Shown: piece by piece, positions 38,943 to 48,745 of the stretch
Position numbering within the stretch: the stretch's first letter is position 1
How the letters are laid out: every line of letters starts with the position of its first letter
From: a virus
Taxonomy: Duplodnaviria; Caudoviricetes
Reading direction: 5' to 3' (one strand)
Length of the DNA stretch: 51,034 nt
IMG/VR virus record: IMGVR_UViG_3300027278_000018
Location: 1 to 51,034 of that record
Translations under genes and position numbers: made by a program
Notes under the pieces: model-generated
Seen by the model: the letters and a program-made list of their open reading frames with translations, nothing else
Database searches by the model: none
What the model was told of the DNA's origin: nothing

Positions 38943-39626
38943 ATGGTTGAAAAAATAATATGGCAGACACATAAGTTTAAATATGAAGACCTGCCAGAGA
39001 TATATCTAAAAAACTCTAAAACCTGGATAGAAGGTTTGCCAGGTTGGGAGTACAGATACTTTTCAGACATAGATGTAGAAAATTTTATAAAAGAATTCTA
39101 TCCTCAATACCTAACTATATATAATTCAATAAAGCCAGGGATGTACAGGGCAGATATTTGGAGATACCTAGTTGTATATAAATATGGCGGTATATATGCA
39201 GACATGGATAGCATCTACTCAGAAGATGGCATGCACGGAGAAGAGTGTTTCCCATGCAAAATGTTTTTAAAGTCTTATCCTATAGAATTTAGCGGGAAAC
39301 TCAATGTTTGCGTAGAGCATGAAACAAACGGTGCAATAAGAGATGTCTTTACACAGGCAGTATTTATGGCGGGAGCAGGGGATCCAGTACTAGGACAAAT
39401 TATTGAAGAGATGTTTAGAAAACTAAAAGAGATATCAAATAGCATATACGAAAATACTCCAGACTTTGTATGGATATTAGCTACAGGACCAGAAATGTAT
39501 ACAAATGTTGTAAATAAAAATTTAGACAAAGTAAACCTTGCATGTTTTCCAGCAGAGCATGGAGAATTTCATAAAGATGAAGTAGATATAGATATTCATC
39601 TAACTTGGAATATTGCAGTCGACTAG
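38943..39626 (+). CDS. GT32-like (Gly_transf_sug, DxD) glycosyltransferase
   Basis: KIIWQTH, RADIWRYLVVYKYGGIYADMD, TGP. Confidence 0.9.
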   Translation: MVEKIIWQTHKFKYEDLPEIYLKNSKTWIEGLPGWEYRYFSDIDVENFIKEFYPQYLTIYNSIKPGMYRADIWRYLVVYKYGGIYADMDSIYSEDGMHGEECFPCKMFLKSYPIEFSGKLNVCVEHETNGAIRDVFTQAVFMAGAGDPVLGQIIEEMFRKLKEISNSIYENTPDFVWILATGPEMYTNVVNKNLDKVNLACFPAEHGEFHKDEVDIDIHLTWNIAVD

Positions 39627-39731
39627 AATATAGAGTACAATAGATACATGAATACGATATTTGCAATAGCCGTAGTAGCAGTAATAGTTTTTATCCTAGG
39701 TACTGTTTCATACATAATACGCTAGTCCCTA

Positions 39732-39806
39732 GGGGATATAGCTTAATTTGGTTAAAGCACTTGTCTTATATACAATAGATTCTGGGTTCAAATCCCAGTA
39801 TCCCTA
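39732..39806 (+). tRNA. tRNA-Ile(TAT)
   Basis: GGGGATA/TATCCCT acceptor, ttgt-ctTATat-acaa, ctggg-TTCAAAT-cccag. Confidence 0.85.
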
Positions 39807-39924
39807 CTTGGAGGAAATATGAATGAAGTAAGAGTGCCAGATGAATGGCCAAGACATAAGAAGATCAAGTTTCTTATTGTCACTATTATTATAGTAGCTT
39901 TGTTTGTTTTGTTAAGTATATAAA

Positions 39925-40605
39925 ATGGAAATGTTTAATTACGATTTAATCAAACTTCATCCTAATTTTACACAGATTGAAGAAAACGTCTGGGTAATTA
40001 AAAACTTTATCTCAGATGAAATTTGCGACTCACTTGTTGAGTATGCTGAATCTCAGCCAGAAGAAAAATGGTGGGAAAGAAATAAAAGAGAATGGTGGCA
40101 TGGCAAATTTTTGTTTGCTGCTGAAAACGACAGAATAATTAAAACCTTTATTGATATTAAAGAAGAAATAGCAAAGTTATTTACAGAAGACTGGTTTCTC
40201 AGCGATATGGCCTCTATCCATAGAATGCAAAAAGGAGAAGGCATGTTTGAGCATTCAGATAATCCAACAGAAAGTATGGGCAGAAACAATTTTGTAGAAC
40301 TATCGTTTGTTCTCTATATAAGTGATTTTGAGGGCGGAGAGATATACTATCCAAAAATCCCAATGGAATATAAGTCGGAAAAAGGAGATCTTCTTATACA
40401 TCCAGGAGTTGGAAGATACTTCCATGGGGTACATCCAGTAACTAGTGATGCAGTCCGATATGTAACAACAGCTTTTGCATACGATAGAAGAGTTAAAGAG
40501 CTTAGGGATAAAGGTCTAGTATATGAGGATGTTAATTCTGGTCAACCAATAAATGAAATTACTGAAGCTCAAGCAACTGGAGAGAATGGACCATTAAATG
40601 AATAA
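39925..40605 (+). CDS. 2OG-Fe(II) oxygenase
   Basis: HSD, FEGGEIYY, HGV...RY. Confidence 0.9.
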   Translation: MEMFNYDLIKLHPNFTQIEENVWVIKNFISDEICDSLVEYAESQPEEKWWERNKREWWHGKFLFAAENDRIIKTFIDIKEEIAKLFTEDWFLSDMASIHRMQKGEGMFEHSDNPTESMGRNNFVELSFVLYISDFEGGEIYYPKIPMEYKSEKGDLLIHPGVGRYFHGVHPVTSDAVRYVTTAFAYDRRVKELRDKGLVYEDVNSGQPINEITEAQATGENGPLNE

Positions 40606-40740
40606 AATGTGGAAAATGTTAGGACTGCTTGCAACTCTTGTACTTTCAGGTGCTTTGCTAAATCAAATTTTAAATTTGGCGGGGGATTTAGAAATCTTTG
40701 ATTTTGATCTAAATGAAGACATTGATAAGGATATATCCTA

Positions 40741-41376
40741 ATGTCAAAGATCTATATGTTTGGAAACTCCCATGTATCTAACTATGCAGCATCTCTTGAA
40801 TACTATGGTAATCCGTATACCTTAAAGTGGAGATCTTTTAATTCCGCCAGTCCTGAGCCATTTTATGGAAATATTAAGTTAAAGGAAATTACATTCTCTT
40901 GGCTCATACCTTCGGCTGCATGGACAACTGTAGAAGATCCAAGTATTTTAGAAAAGATGTCAGAAGGCTTTGACATACAAGAAGACGACATTGTAATTGT
41001 ACATTGGGGAGATCAAGATATATTAAGACATCTACCAGGACATAAAAATGAGATGTACTTGGTACAAGCATATATAAACCGTATAAAGGATCACTTTAAG
41101 TGTAGGGTCATTTTTCTTGAGCCCGTCCCAATTCCTGAAGAAAGCTTTGTATGTCCAATAGAAGACTATAAGTTTGTTTATTCAAGGGAAGATATTATTG
41201 AAGCTTATGATAACTTTGTTAAAATTTTGCGTGAAGGTGCAGAAACAATATCTATACAAAATAACATCATATCTTCATTTAATCTAACAGAAAACGAAAC
41301 AGATGATGGAGCTCATTTAAACCAAGAATATTCTAGAAGCCTTATAGCCCACATAAGAGGCGTTCTTGATGTCTGA
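40741..41376 (+). CDS. SGNH/GDSL hydrolase-like protein
   Basis: FGNSH block I and DGAHLN block V. Confidence 0.65.
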   Translation: MSKIYMFGNSHVSNYAASLEYYGNPYTLKWRSFNSASPEPFYGNIKLKEITFSWLIPSAAWTTVEDPSILEKMSEGFDIQEDDIVIVHWGDQDILRHLPGHKNEMYLVQAYINRIKDHFKCRVIFLEPVPIPEESFVCPIEDYKFVYSREDIIEAYDNFVKILREGAETISIQNNIISSFNLTENETDDGAHLNQEYSRSLIAHIRGVLDV

Positions 41377-41504
41377 GTATGGGTCGCATCCTCAAAATGG
41401 CTTAAATCGGCTACAGAAGACTTATGAGATATATGAGGTTCTTCTTCCGCGCCGCACTTTTCGCACTTTCACTATATCAACACCAATTGGGATAGAGTAA
41501 TCAT

Positions 41505-42071
41505 ATGGAACTAAATAAAGAATACATATCTGGTGATATATGGAAGATAGAAGACTTCATAACCGAAGAAGAGTGTTCAATAATAATGAATGACTGTATA
41601 AACGAAGACTGCTGGTTTGGAGACCCAGGAGCTTTTGAAAATGGCAACAAATCAGAGTTAACAGAAAGCGCAAAAGAAACTTTATCTAAAATAAATTTAA
41701 GAATTATAGCAACTATGAATAACGATAACGAAATGGCCAATGCGGTAGACATGATTCAAAGAATGACTATTAATAGCGGACCAAATGAAAAATGGGCTCT
41801 ACCTCCCCATACAGACACTCATGATGGAGGAGATAGTCTTCATGTAACTAGGGGTTATGTACTGTATTATAATGATAATTTTGAAGGTGGAGAGATTATG
41901 TATCCAAATCAAGGAATAACTTTAAAGCCAAAAGCAAGAATGCTCATATCTCATCCAGGAGGAGAAGAGTATTTACACGGAATTAAAAAAGTAACTAATG
42001 GTGTTAGATATATGACAACTGGCTTTGTATTTGATAAAGAATATTGGTTTAAAAGAACTTTAGGAAAGTAA
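41505..42071 (+). CDS. 2OG-Fe(II) oxygenase
   Basis: HTD, YYNDNFEGGEI, HGIKKVTNGVRY. Confidence 0.9.
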   Translation: MELNKEYISGDIWKIEDFITEEECSIIMNDCINEDCWFGDPGAFENGNKSELTESAKETLSKINLRIIATMNNDNEMANAVDMIQRMTINSGPNEKWALPPHTDTHDGGDSLHVTRGYVLYYNDNFEGGEIMYPNQGITLKPKARMLISHPGGEEYLHGIKKVTNGVRYMTTGFVFDKEYWFKRTLGK

Positions 42072-42308
42072 GAAACCCACTCAGAGGCGGATCCGAATGG
42101 GTTTAGCACTTACGTGCATACGTAAGGAGTTTTATCTCAACTTACGTAATACTATTTAGTTCTCTTTCTATTAAAAAATTTAATAAAAAGGTTTTCTATT
42201 CTACACTCAAGACACTTACAATTTGACAGAACTTGCTGATCCATTCTAAAGTATGGAGTTTGCATTACTTTACCAAAATGTTTAGGTGTCATACATCAAT
42301 TATATCAC

Positions 42309-42506
42309 TTATTCTTCAACTAATATATTGTTTTCGTCTAGCTTGTCAAAAATTGCGCTCATTAAATATTGAACTGCTGGTCTACTTTGAGTAACCTTTT
42401 CTGTTGTGTCTTCTGCTGACATTCCAGCTTGCAAACACATCATTGTATTACCATTTTGATAAACATTGGTCATTAATTCAATTACTGAATCTCTGTCTTT
42501 ATTCAT
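42309..42506 (-). CDS. Hypothetical protein
   Basis: GGAG RBS; coupled. Confidence 0.6.
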   Translation of the reverse strand: MNKDRDSVIELMTNVYQNGNTMMCLQAGMSAEDTTEKVTQSRPAVQYLMSAIFDKLDENNILVEE

Positions 42507-42699
42507 TTTCTTCTCCTGGAGTGTATGAAGGGTCTGGTCCTAATAGATAGCCCTGTTTATGATATTCTACCATTTTTTCTGTACTTTCACTACCCGCCAA
42601 GTTATTTGCAATTAACGTAAGCACATCATATATTCGGTGTAACATAATATAATTAACCATGGGTAGGTTATCTTCTAAATTTACTTGCTCGTCACTCAT
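42499..42699 (-). CDS. Hypothetical protein
   Basis: GAAGG RBS. Confidence 0.6.
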   Translation of the reverse strand: MSDEQVNLEDNLPMVNYIMLHRIYDVLTLIANNLAGSESTEKMVEYHKQGYLLGPDPSYTPGEENE

Positions 42700-42794
42700 T
42701 TGGCCTTCCCAAATCTTCCCAAAAAATTTCTCTCCCCATACTGTCTGTTATCTGCATAGGCTTTGATTCTGTACCACATGTACAGGAAACTGAA

Positions 42795-43010
42795 TCACAT
42801 TTTTGCATTTCTTTTAACCGCCTTAACTATTTCTTCATATGTAGAAATTCCTATATTTTTAGTGTAATCACATTCTAAGCAATATAAGTATATCTCGTCT
42901 GAAAGGTTTTGGTTTGAAAAAAGAATGGATTGGTCTACTGGGCATAAAAACTTTTCAACCAACCCTTCTTCTGACATGGAGATGTAGGCTGATACATACT
43001 GTACCTTCAT
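42795..43010 (-). CDS. Hypothetical Zn-ribbon protein
   Basis: CPVD...CLEC; AGGAG RBS. Confidence 0.65.
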   Translation of the reverse strand: MKVQYVSAYISMSEEGLVEKFLCPVDQSILFSNQNLSDEIYLYCLECDYTKNIGISTYEEIVKAVKRNAKM

Positions 43011-43020
43011 CCCATCTCCT

Positions 43021-43569
43021 TTACTTTGTCGGAAATTTTAAATAAAATTCCTTAGCTCTTGGGGTTAAACCCTTCCAAGCTGACCAATCACTGCCGCCAT
43101 TAGTCATGTAGTACGTTATCTCTGCGTTTGTTACTGGGTCGAATAACTCCTTGTTACTCTTTAGGTCAAATTTCTCAAGTCTCGCAGGACCAAGATTTCC
43201 GATCATGTTTATTTGAAATAGTCCATAAGAACTATCTCCTGTATTCCTATTCCCGTTATATGCAAGCGGTCTTCCATTAGATTCACGCTTTGCTATGGAC
43301 CAAGCTTTTTTAAGGCCTACCCCTTCGAATCCTACAGTCGTAAGTAATTTTACCAACTCTTGATCTGTAAGCATTTCAGATGGCTTGTAAACTTGTTTAC
43401 TAAAACTATCTAAAACTTCTTGCTTTAATTGGGCTTCAGTTTTCACTAAAGGTTCTACAGTAAGTGCATTAGCTGGGCTTCCAGAAAATAAAAATAGTGT
43501 TGTCACTATAATTACTGTCCAGTCACGAACTAAATCGCTAAACTGCTGTTTTATATTCTCCATTGGCAT
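43021..43569 (-). CDS. Lysozyme-like/SLT lytic transglycosylase with N-terminal TM or signal
   Basis: IAKRESNG (catalytic Glu), YGLFQIN, DPVTNA, WSAW; GAGGAGG RBS before 43569. Confidence 0.85.
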   Translation of the reverse strand: MPMENIKQQFSDLVRDWTVIIVTTLFLFSGSPANALTVEPLVKTEAQLKQEVLDSFSKQVYKPSEMLTDQELVKLLTTVGFEGVGLKKAWSIAKRESNGRPLAYNGNRNTGDSSYGLFQINMIGNLGPARLEKFDLKSNKELFDPVTNAEITYYMTNGGSDWSAWKGLTPRAKEFYLKFPTK

Positions 43570-43761
43570 TTCCTCCTCTAGAGATAACGAACTATAATCA
43601 TAACATTGATTTATAGACATTGTCAAGCTAGTTGACTATAATTAAATATCATAATGTGAGATTTACAAAAATATTTTTAACCTCTAGACCACTAAATAAA
43701 AGTTTGATACACTAGGACTTCATCTAAAAATTAAAACCGCAAGGCGGAGAAAAGGTCGTAT

Positions 43762-45813
43762 ATGTCTTATTTTACTGAAAAACCACTACAACTTATAGAT
43801 ACAAGCGTATCTGCAAATACAATTGAAAACCCATATGAAAACTTTATTGCTTTATCAAGATATGCAAGATGGGTAGAAGAAGACAATAGGCGAGAAACAT
43901 GGAAAGAAACTGTAGATAGATATTTTAATTTTATGTTAAATAATTTAAATAAAAACTTTAACTATGTTCCAGATGAAATACTTGTATCTAATCTAAAGGA
44001 TGCTGTATATAATAGAAACGTTATGCCGTCTATGAGAGCTTTAATGACATCTGGATCAGCGTTAGAACGAGATAATGTTGCAGGGTATAACTGTGCTTTC
44101 TTACCAGTTGATTCTCCCCGCTCATTTGATGAAACGATGTATGTTCTTATGTGTGGAACAGGTGTAGGATTTTCAGTTGAATATAAGTACATTAACCAAT
44201 TGCCACCAGTCCCACTAGAATTTGAAAAAACTAACGATGTAATAATTGTTGAAGACTCAAAGCAAGGATGGGCAACTGCTTATAGAACATTGCTAGAAAA
44301 TCTTTGGGACGGAAAGATTCCATCCATAGATGTTACTAATGTAAGACCAGCTGGTGCTCGTTTAAAAACAATGGGCGGCAGATCTTCAGGCCCACAACCA
44401 TTAGTCAATCTTTTTGATTTTACAATTTCAAAATTTAAAAGCGCAGCGGGCAGAGCCCTTAAGCCAATTGAAGCTCATGACATAATGTGTAAAATTGGAG
44501 AAGTTGTTGTTGTTGGAGGAGTTCGCAGGTCAGCCATGATTTCTCTTTCAAACATTAATGATATTGAAATGGCACACGCAAAAGCTGGAAATTGGTGGGA
44601 ATCTAATACTCAAAGAGCATTGTCAAATAACTCTGTTGCATACTCACGTAAACCAGATATGGAGCAATTTATTGCAGAATGGAAATCTTTATATGATTCA
44701 AAATCTGGAGAACGAGGCATATACAATGTTGCAGCAGCACAAGCTCAAGCGGCTAAATATGGCAGAGACCCAAATATTCACTATGGAACAAATCCTTGTT
44801 CTGAAATTATTTTAAGACCGTATCAGTTTTGCAATCTATCTGAGGTTGTTATACGTGAGAATGATGATGAAGAGTCAGTAACTCACAAAGTTAAGTTAGC
44901 CACAATTCTTGGAACATGGCAATCTACTTTAACAAACTTTGATTATATTCGTGATATCTGGAGAGAAAATACTGAAGAAGAAAGACTTCTTGGAGTTTCT
45001 TTAACTGGTCAGTTTGGCAACAAGCTATTTGCTGGCAAAGCTAGATCTGCTGGTTCTTTTGAATTAACAGAAGGCGGAGGATTAGTATATGATGAAGACA
45101 TTATTAATAAAGACAACATGCTTAGACTAGAGCACATACTTCAAAGAATGAGGACAAAGGCAAGGGAGACAAATGCAATTGAAGCAAAAAATATTGGAAT
45201 TACTCCATCTGCATCAATTACATGTGTTAAGCCCTCTGGAACAGTCTCACAGCTCGTAGGAGTATCTTCAGGAATGCACCCTTGGCATTCACCATACTAT
45301 ATTCGCACAGTTAGAGGATCAAAAGGAGATCCAATTTCTGTATTTCTAAAAGAGGTTGGTATTCCAGTAGAAGATGATGTCATGAAGCCAAATGACACAT
45401 ACGTTTTTTCATTTCCAGTAAAAGCACCAGAAGGTGCAATTATTAGAAATGATTTAACAGCCATAGATCATCTAAATACTTGGTTAGTTTATCAACGTGC
45501 ATGGTGTGAACATAAGCCATCAATTACAGTTTCAGTAAAAGAAGAAGAGTGGATGGAAGTTGGCGCATGGGTATATAAGCACTTTGATGAAGTGTCTGGA
45601 ATTTCTTTCCTCCCCCATTCAGACCATTCTTACAAGCAAGCACCCTACCAAGAGGTAACTAAAGGAGATTACGAAGAGCTTCTTGCCAAGATGCCAAAAA
45701 ATATACGATGGGAAGATCTTTCTTTCTATGAAACAGAAGACGGCACATCTACAAATGCTACGCTTGCGTGTAGCTCTGATGGAAACTGCGAACTTGTGGA
45801 TATCTCAGCATAG
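43762..45813 (+). CDS. nrdJ: Class II (AdoCbl) ribonucleotide reductase
   Basis: PSMR, NCAF, GTGVGF, VRRSA, TNPCSEI, TCVKPSGT, C-terminal CSSDGNC. Confidence 0.92.
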   Translation: MSYFTEKPLQLIDTSVSANTIENPYENFIALSRYARWVEEDNRRETWKETVDRYFNFMLNNLNKNFNYVPDEILVSNLKDAVYNRNVMPSMRALMTSGSALERDNVAGYNCAFLPVDSPRSFDETMYVLMCGTGVGFSVEYKYINQLPPVPLEFEKTNDVIIVEDSKQGWATAYRTLLENLWDGKIPSIDVTNVRPAGARLKTMGGRSSGPQPLVNLFDFTISKFKSAAGRALKPIEAHDIMCKIGEVVVVGGVRRSAMISLSNINDIEMAHAKAGNWWESNTQRALSNNSVAYSRKPDMEQFIAEWKSLYDSKSGERGIYNVAAAQAQAAKYGRDPNIHYGTNPCSEIILRPYQFCNLSEVVIRENDDEESVTHKVKLATILGTWQSTLTNFDYIRDIWRENTEEERLLGVSLTGQFGNKLFAGKARSAGSFELTEGGGLVYDEDIINKDNMLRLEHILQRMRTKARETNAIEAKNIGITPSASITCVKPSGTVSQLVGVSSGMHPWHSPYYIRTVRGSKGDPISVFLKEVGIPVEDDVMKPNDTYVFSFPVKAPEGAIIRNDLTAIDHLNTWLVYQRAWCEHKPSITVSVKEEEWMEVGAWVYKHFDEVSGISFLPHSDHSYKQAPYQEVTKGDYEELLAKMPKNIRWEDLSFYETEDGTSTNATLACSSDGNCELVDISA

Positions 45814-45880
45814 TGGTAAAATTATAGTATTCGGGTAAACCGAAAATTCCTGGGCAACCCGCCCACGAGGAGATGACAAT

Positions 45881-46120
45881 ATGGCTAAATTTGCAAAAGC
45901 AGATTTAAACAAAGATGGAAAGGTAACAATGCAGGAACAAATCCTATCAGCACTATCAAGCTACGGAAGAGCATTCCTATCAGCAGCACTTGCTCTTTAC
46001 ATGACTGGAAATACAAATCCTAAAGACCTTTTGCTTGGCGGAGTAGCAGCAGTTGCACCCGTTATCCTAAAAGCGTTAAACCCTAACGATAAGAGTTTTG
46101 GGTTCACAAACAAGGCTTAA
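45881..46120 (+). CDS. Holin-like membrane protein
   Basis: SYGRAFL...two TMs...ALNPNDKSFG. Confidence 0.6.
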   Translation: MAKFAKADLNKDGKVTMQEQILSALSSYGRAFLSAALALYMTGNTNPKDLLLGGVAAVAPVILKALNPNDKSFGFTNKA

Positions 46121-46192
46121 TAAGTAGTCAATTAGAAATACTCCTGTGCTAAAATTAGTACAGGAGTATTCCTATTTAGGAGACTATGGCAA

Positions 46193-46540
46193 ATGGCAGG
46201 ACAAAAGAACTTTGAAGTAGATCAAAACGCAACTTTTACCTTTATTACAGAATATAAAGATTCAAGTAACAATGCAATTGATCTTACTGGCGCATCTGCA
46301 AAAATGCAGATACGTGATACAAAAGGTGGAGCTAAGTTAGCAGTAACTTTAACTTCTCCATCTGGTGGAATTGTAATTGATGGACCAAATGGTAAATTAA
46401 CTATTAAATTAACACCAACTCAAACAAACAAACTCTTTTATCCAAAATCGTCATATGACATTATGGTTGTCGATTCTAACGGGAACAAAATAAAACTCCT
46501 AGAGGGTTTTATGACTCTCAATAGATCGGTGACTATATAA
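46193..46540 (+). CDS. Virion structural protein, Ig-like
   Basis: IDLTGASAKMQIR...YDI...LLEG. Confidence 0.7.
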   Translation: MAGQKNFEVDQNATFTFITEYKDSSNNAIDLTGASAKMQIRDTKGGAKLAVTLTSPSGGIVIDGPNGKLTIKLTPTQTNKLFYPKSSYDIMVVDSNGNKIKLLEGFMTLNRSVTI

Positions 46541-46992
46541 TGGCTGAATCCGTAGTAGTTAAAGAAACATTAAATAAAGTAACAATATCAACTCCTGGCC
46601 CACAAGGTCCAAGAGGACGAACTATTTTAAATGGTTCTGGATCACCTTCCAATAACCTTGGACTAACTGGTGATTTTTTTTATGATGTTGTTACAACAAG
46701 ATTTTATGGACCAAAACCAAGTGATGAGACTTGGGTAGGTGCACAAAACTATATTTTAAATAACCCACCTACGGACTATTCATTTAGATATTCATGGGAA
46801 CTTTCACAAGTTACTGGACCTATTGCAAATACATATAGCGTTATAATATTGCACAATTTGGGTTTTTATCCCAACGTAACAGTAAAAACAAGCGCAGGAG
46901 ATATACTAGAAACTGGTATAGATTACAACAATATAAATCAAATTACACTGACAATGGCTCAACCATTTTCAGGGACAGCACATCTGTCTTAA
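46540..46992 (+). CDS. Tail-fibre-associated protein
   Basis: GPQGPRG, HNLGFYPNV...FSGTAHL. Confidence 0.7.
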   Translation: MAESVVVKETLNKVTISTPGPQGPRGRTILNGSGSPSNNLGLTGDFFYDVVTTRFYGPKPSDETWVGAQNYILNNPPTDYSFRYSWELSQVTGPIANTYSVIILHNLGFYPNVTVKTSAGDILETGIDYNNINQITLTMAQPFSGTAHLS

Positions 46993-47007
46993 AAGGGAGA
47001 AGAAGAA

Positions 47008-48291
47008 ATGGCAAGAAAATATGCGGTCAGCTTAGACCTTAATAAGAATGAGCTGTTAAATGCAAGAATTCAAAACCTGGGATCAGCACCATCAAATCCA
47101 GTCTCAGGTCAAATTTACTACAACAACGTTTCAAACGTTCTATTTTTCTATAATGGAACAGAGTGGACACCAGCTTCTGGTTCTACTGAAGTAATTCAAG
47201 ATGTCATTGGTTCGTCCGTACTAGCAGGCACAGCACTTACTGCAACTTACAACGACCCAGCAGGAACAACAACACTAAAATTAAATGACACAGCAGTAAC
47301 AGCTGGTTCATATGGGTCAACAACAAAGATTCCATCGTTTACAGTTGATGCACAGGGTAGACTAACTGCTGCAAGCGAGTCAGATGTAGCCACAAACCTT
47401 TCAATTGCTGGAGATACTGGAACAGATACAGTAAATCTACTTTCAGATACATTAACTGTATCTGGCGGAGAAGGAATTGATGTAGCAGTAACAAATAATA
47501 CAATTACAGTATCTGCAGAAGATGCAACCTATACAAATAAAGGTGTTGCTTCATTTAGCTCCACAGATTTTACAGTTACAGCAGGAGCTGTATCTCTTAA
47601 CAAAGACCCAGTAATTACTCTTTCAGGAGATGTAACTGGTTCTGCAACAATGACAAATCTTGGTGACGTAACAATCACAACAACAGTTCAGCCGAATTCA
47701 GTAGCACTTGGAACTGATACAACTGGAGACTATGTAGCAACAATTGTTGGAACAGCTAATGAAATTACTGTTTCTCCAAATAGTGGAGAGTCGGCAGCAG
47801 TAACAATTGGTTTGCCAGACAATGTTGAAATTACTGGAAACTTACAAGTAGGTGGAAACCTTAATGTAATAGGAACAGTTAACTCTGTAAATACCACACA
47901 GATTAACATTGAAGATAATAAGGTAAAGCTTAACAGCAATGCAACAGGAACTCCTGTAGCAGATGCTGGACTTCTTGTAGAGCGTGGAAATGAAGCAGAT
48001 GCTGAAATTCTTTGGAACGAGACATCTGATGTTTGGCAAATTGGTCAAGTTGGCGGAAACTACCACAATATTGCAAGAAAGTATGCAACAACAATTGGCG
48101 ATGGTGCAGCAACATCATATACAGTAACACATAACCTAGGAACAAAAGATCTTACAGTACAGATATTTGAAACTACTGCAGACTATAATCAAATAGAGGC
48201 TGACGTACAACATACATCAGATTCAGTAGTTACTGTAAAATTTGCATCGGCCCCAACAGCTGGTGAATACAGAGTTGTTATCGTAGGATAA
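47008..48291 (+). CDS. Tail fibre-like virion protein
   Basis: GQIYYN, VTAGSYG...TVDAQGR, VERG, THNLGT. Confidence 0.75.
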   Translation: MARKYAVSLDLNKNELLNARIQNLGSAPSNPVSGQIYYNNVSNVLFFYNGTEWTPASGSTEVIQDVIGSSVLAGTALTATYNDPAGTTTLKLNDTAVTAGSYGSTTKIPSFTVDAQGRLTAASESDVATNLSIAGDTGTDTVNLLSDTLTVSGGEGIDVAVTNNTITVSAEDATYTNKGVASFSSTDFTVTAGAVSLNKDPVITLSGDVTGSATMTNLGDVTITTTVQPNSVALGTDTTGDYVATIVGTANEITVSPNSGESAAVTIGLPDNVEITGNLQVGGNLNVIGTVNSVNTTQINIEDNKVKLNSNATGTPVADAGLLVERGNEADAEILWNETSDVWQIGQVGGNYHNIARKYATTIGDGAATSYTVTHNLGTKDLTVQIFETTADYNQIEADVQHTSDSVVTVKFASAPTAGEYRVVIVG

Positions 48292-48292
48292 A

Positions 48293-48745
48293 ATGTCAAG
48301 AAAATTTAAGTCTTTACTTAATTTAACTACACTCACCGCCGACCCATTAGGGTCGGCTGGTGATGTGTTTTTTAATACAACTGAGAAAGCCTTAAAAATT
48401 CATAATGGCATCACATGGGTTAACATTGCTAAAAGCGACGACCCAACTCCTTTCTATTTGCACACGCACACATATGACGGAGATGTACACACTATTGATA
48501 TTAATGACCCAATAACATTTAAAGATTTTTCTGGAAATGGAGTTCAATTGACACTTCCAATAATTGATGCAGTTTTTGGCGGAGCCCCAGCAGATAATGT
48601 TTCTCTCCCATCAGCACAGCAGTTAACTTTGTTTGATGGCGGAGATCCATCTGGAAATACAATTTATTCTTCAGATATATCATGGGATGGCGGAAGCTCT
48701 GGAGATACTGGAAATGATACTCCAATAGATGGCGGAGGAGCATAA
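48293..48745 (+). CDS. Virion protein with DGG motifs
   Basis: GDVFFNTT...; several DGG motifs. Confidence 0.6.
   Translation: MSRKFKSLLNLTTLTADPLGSAGDVFFNTTEKALKIHNGITWVNIAKSDDPTPFYLHTHTYDGDVHTIDINDPITFKDFSGNGVQLTLPIIDAVFGGAPADNVSLPSAQQLTLFDGGDPSGNTIYSSDISWDGGSSGDTGNDTPIDGGGA

Noticed and set aside
43630-43761. Cobalamin riboswitch or NrdR box upstream of nrdJ
   Set aside because: Leader too short with no B12-box; only a small ccgc/gcgg hairpin and no convincing NrdR palindrome
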